The notes below the pieces were generated by a model, which did no database searches, was not told the origin of the DNA, and saw only the letters and a list, made by a program, of their open reading frames with translations. Below, in pieces: positions 63,839 to 64,000 of a stretch of DNA of 64,000 bases (positions are counted from its first letter, which is position 1; each line of letters opens with the position of its first letter). The position numbers and the translations under genes are program-made. Origin of the DNA: Octopus sinensis (taxonomy: Eukaryota); the NCBI RefSeq assembly GCF_006345805.1, contig NC_043015.1:16182001-16246000 (forward strand), read 5' to 3'.

Positions 63839-64000
63839 GTGTGCATTACGTAGTCGGTCGATTCAGCTGAAAATATGCACACCTATGTTAAAAGTGCTGG
63901 CAAGTTTGTATGACAACTATTTTTTTCCTCAAATGAAAGGCGTCACCTCTAGGACAAAATTCCTCATCTTATAAAATGTGGCCCCAGTAGACCCGAATGA

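Overview
AT-rich, repeat-dense eukaryotic genomic DNA, most likely an Octopus species. That assignment is an inference from the tRNA-derived SINE families, RTE tails, microsatellite load and TTAGGG repeats, not a database match. One host protein-coding gene is well supported: a minus-strand ZNFX1 (NFX1-type zinc-finger SF1/UPF1-like RNA helicase). It is encoded by one 5.1-kb coding exon (25936-20839) and a short last exon (19660-19479) that completes an RNF213-like RZ finger, giving about 1759 aa. Its CDS starts just after a splice acceptor, so a non-coding first exon must lie further upstream. The best candidate promoter is at about 56.9-57.75 kb, where four IRF-type sites and a tandem pair of STAT GAS sites cluster next to a splice donor, implying a transposon-filled first intron of about 31.7 kb. 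The rest of the window is mobile DNA: four Gypsy elements (one nested in another with a 5-bp TSD), two mariners, a Chapaev-like remnant, three Helitron-type elements, CR1/RTE/Penelope fragments, many SINEs and several long foldback elements. Three Penelope-type type I hammerhead ribozyme motifs were found by eye; two have intact cores, and one lies in sense orientation inside the inferred ZNFX1 intron. All repeat family names come from recalled motifs, and boundaries of degenerate elements are approximate.
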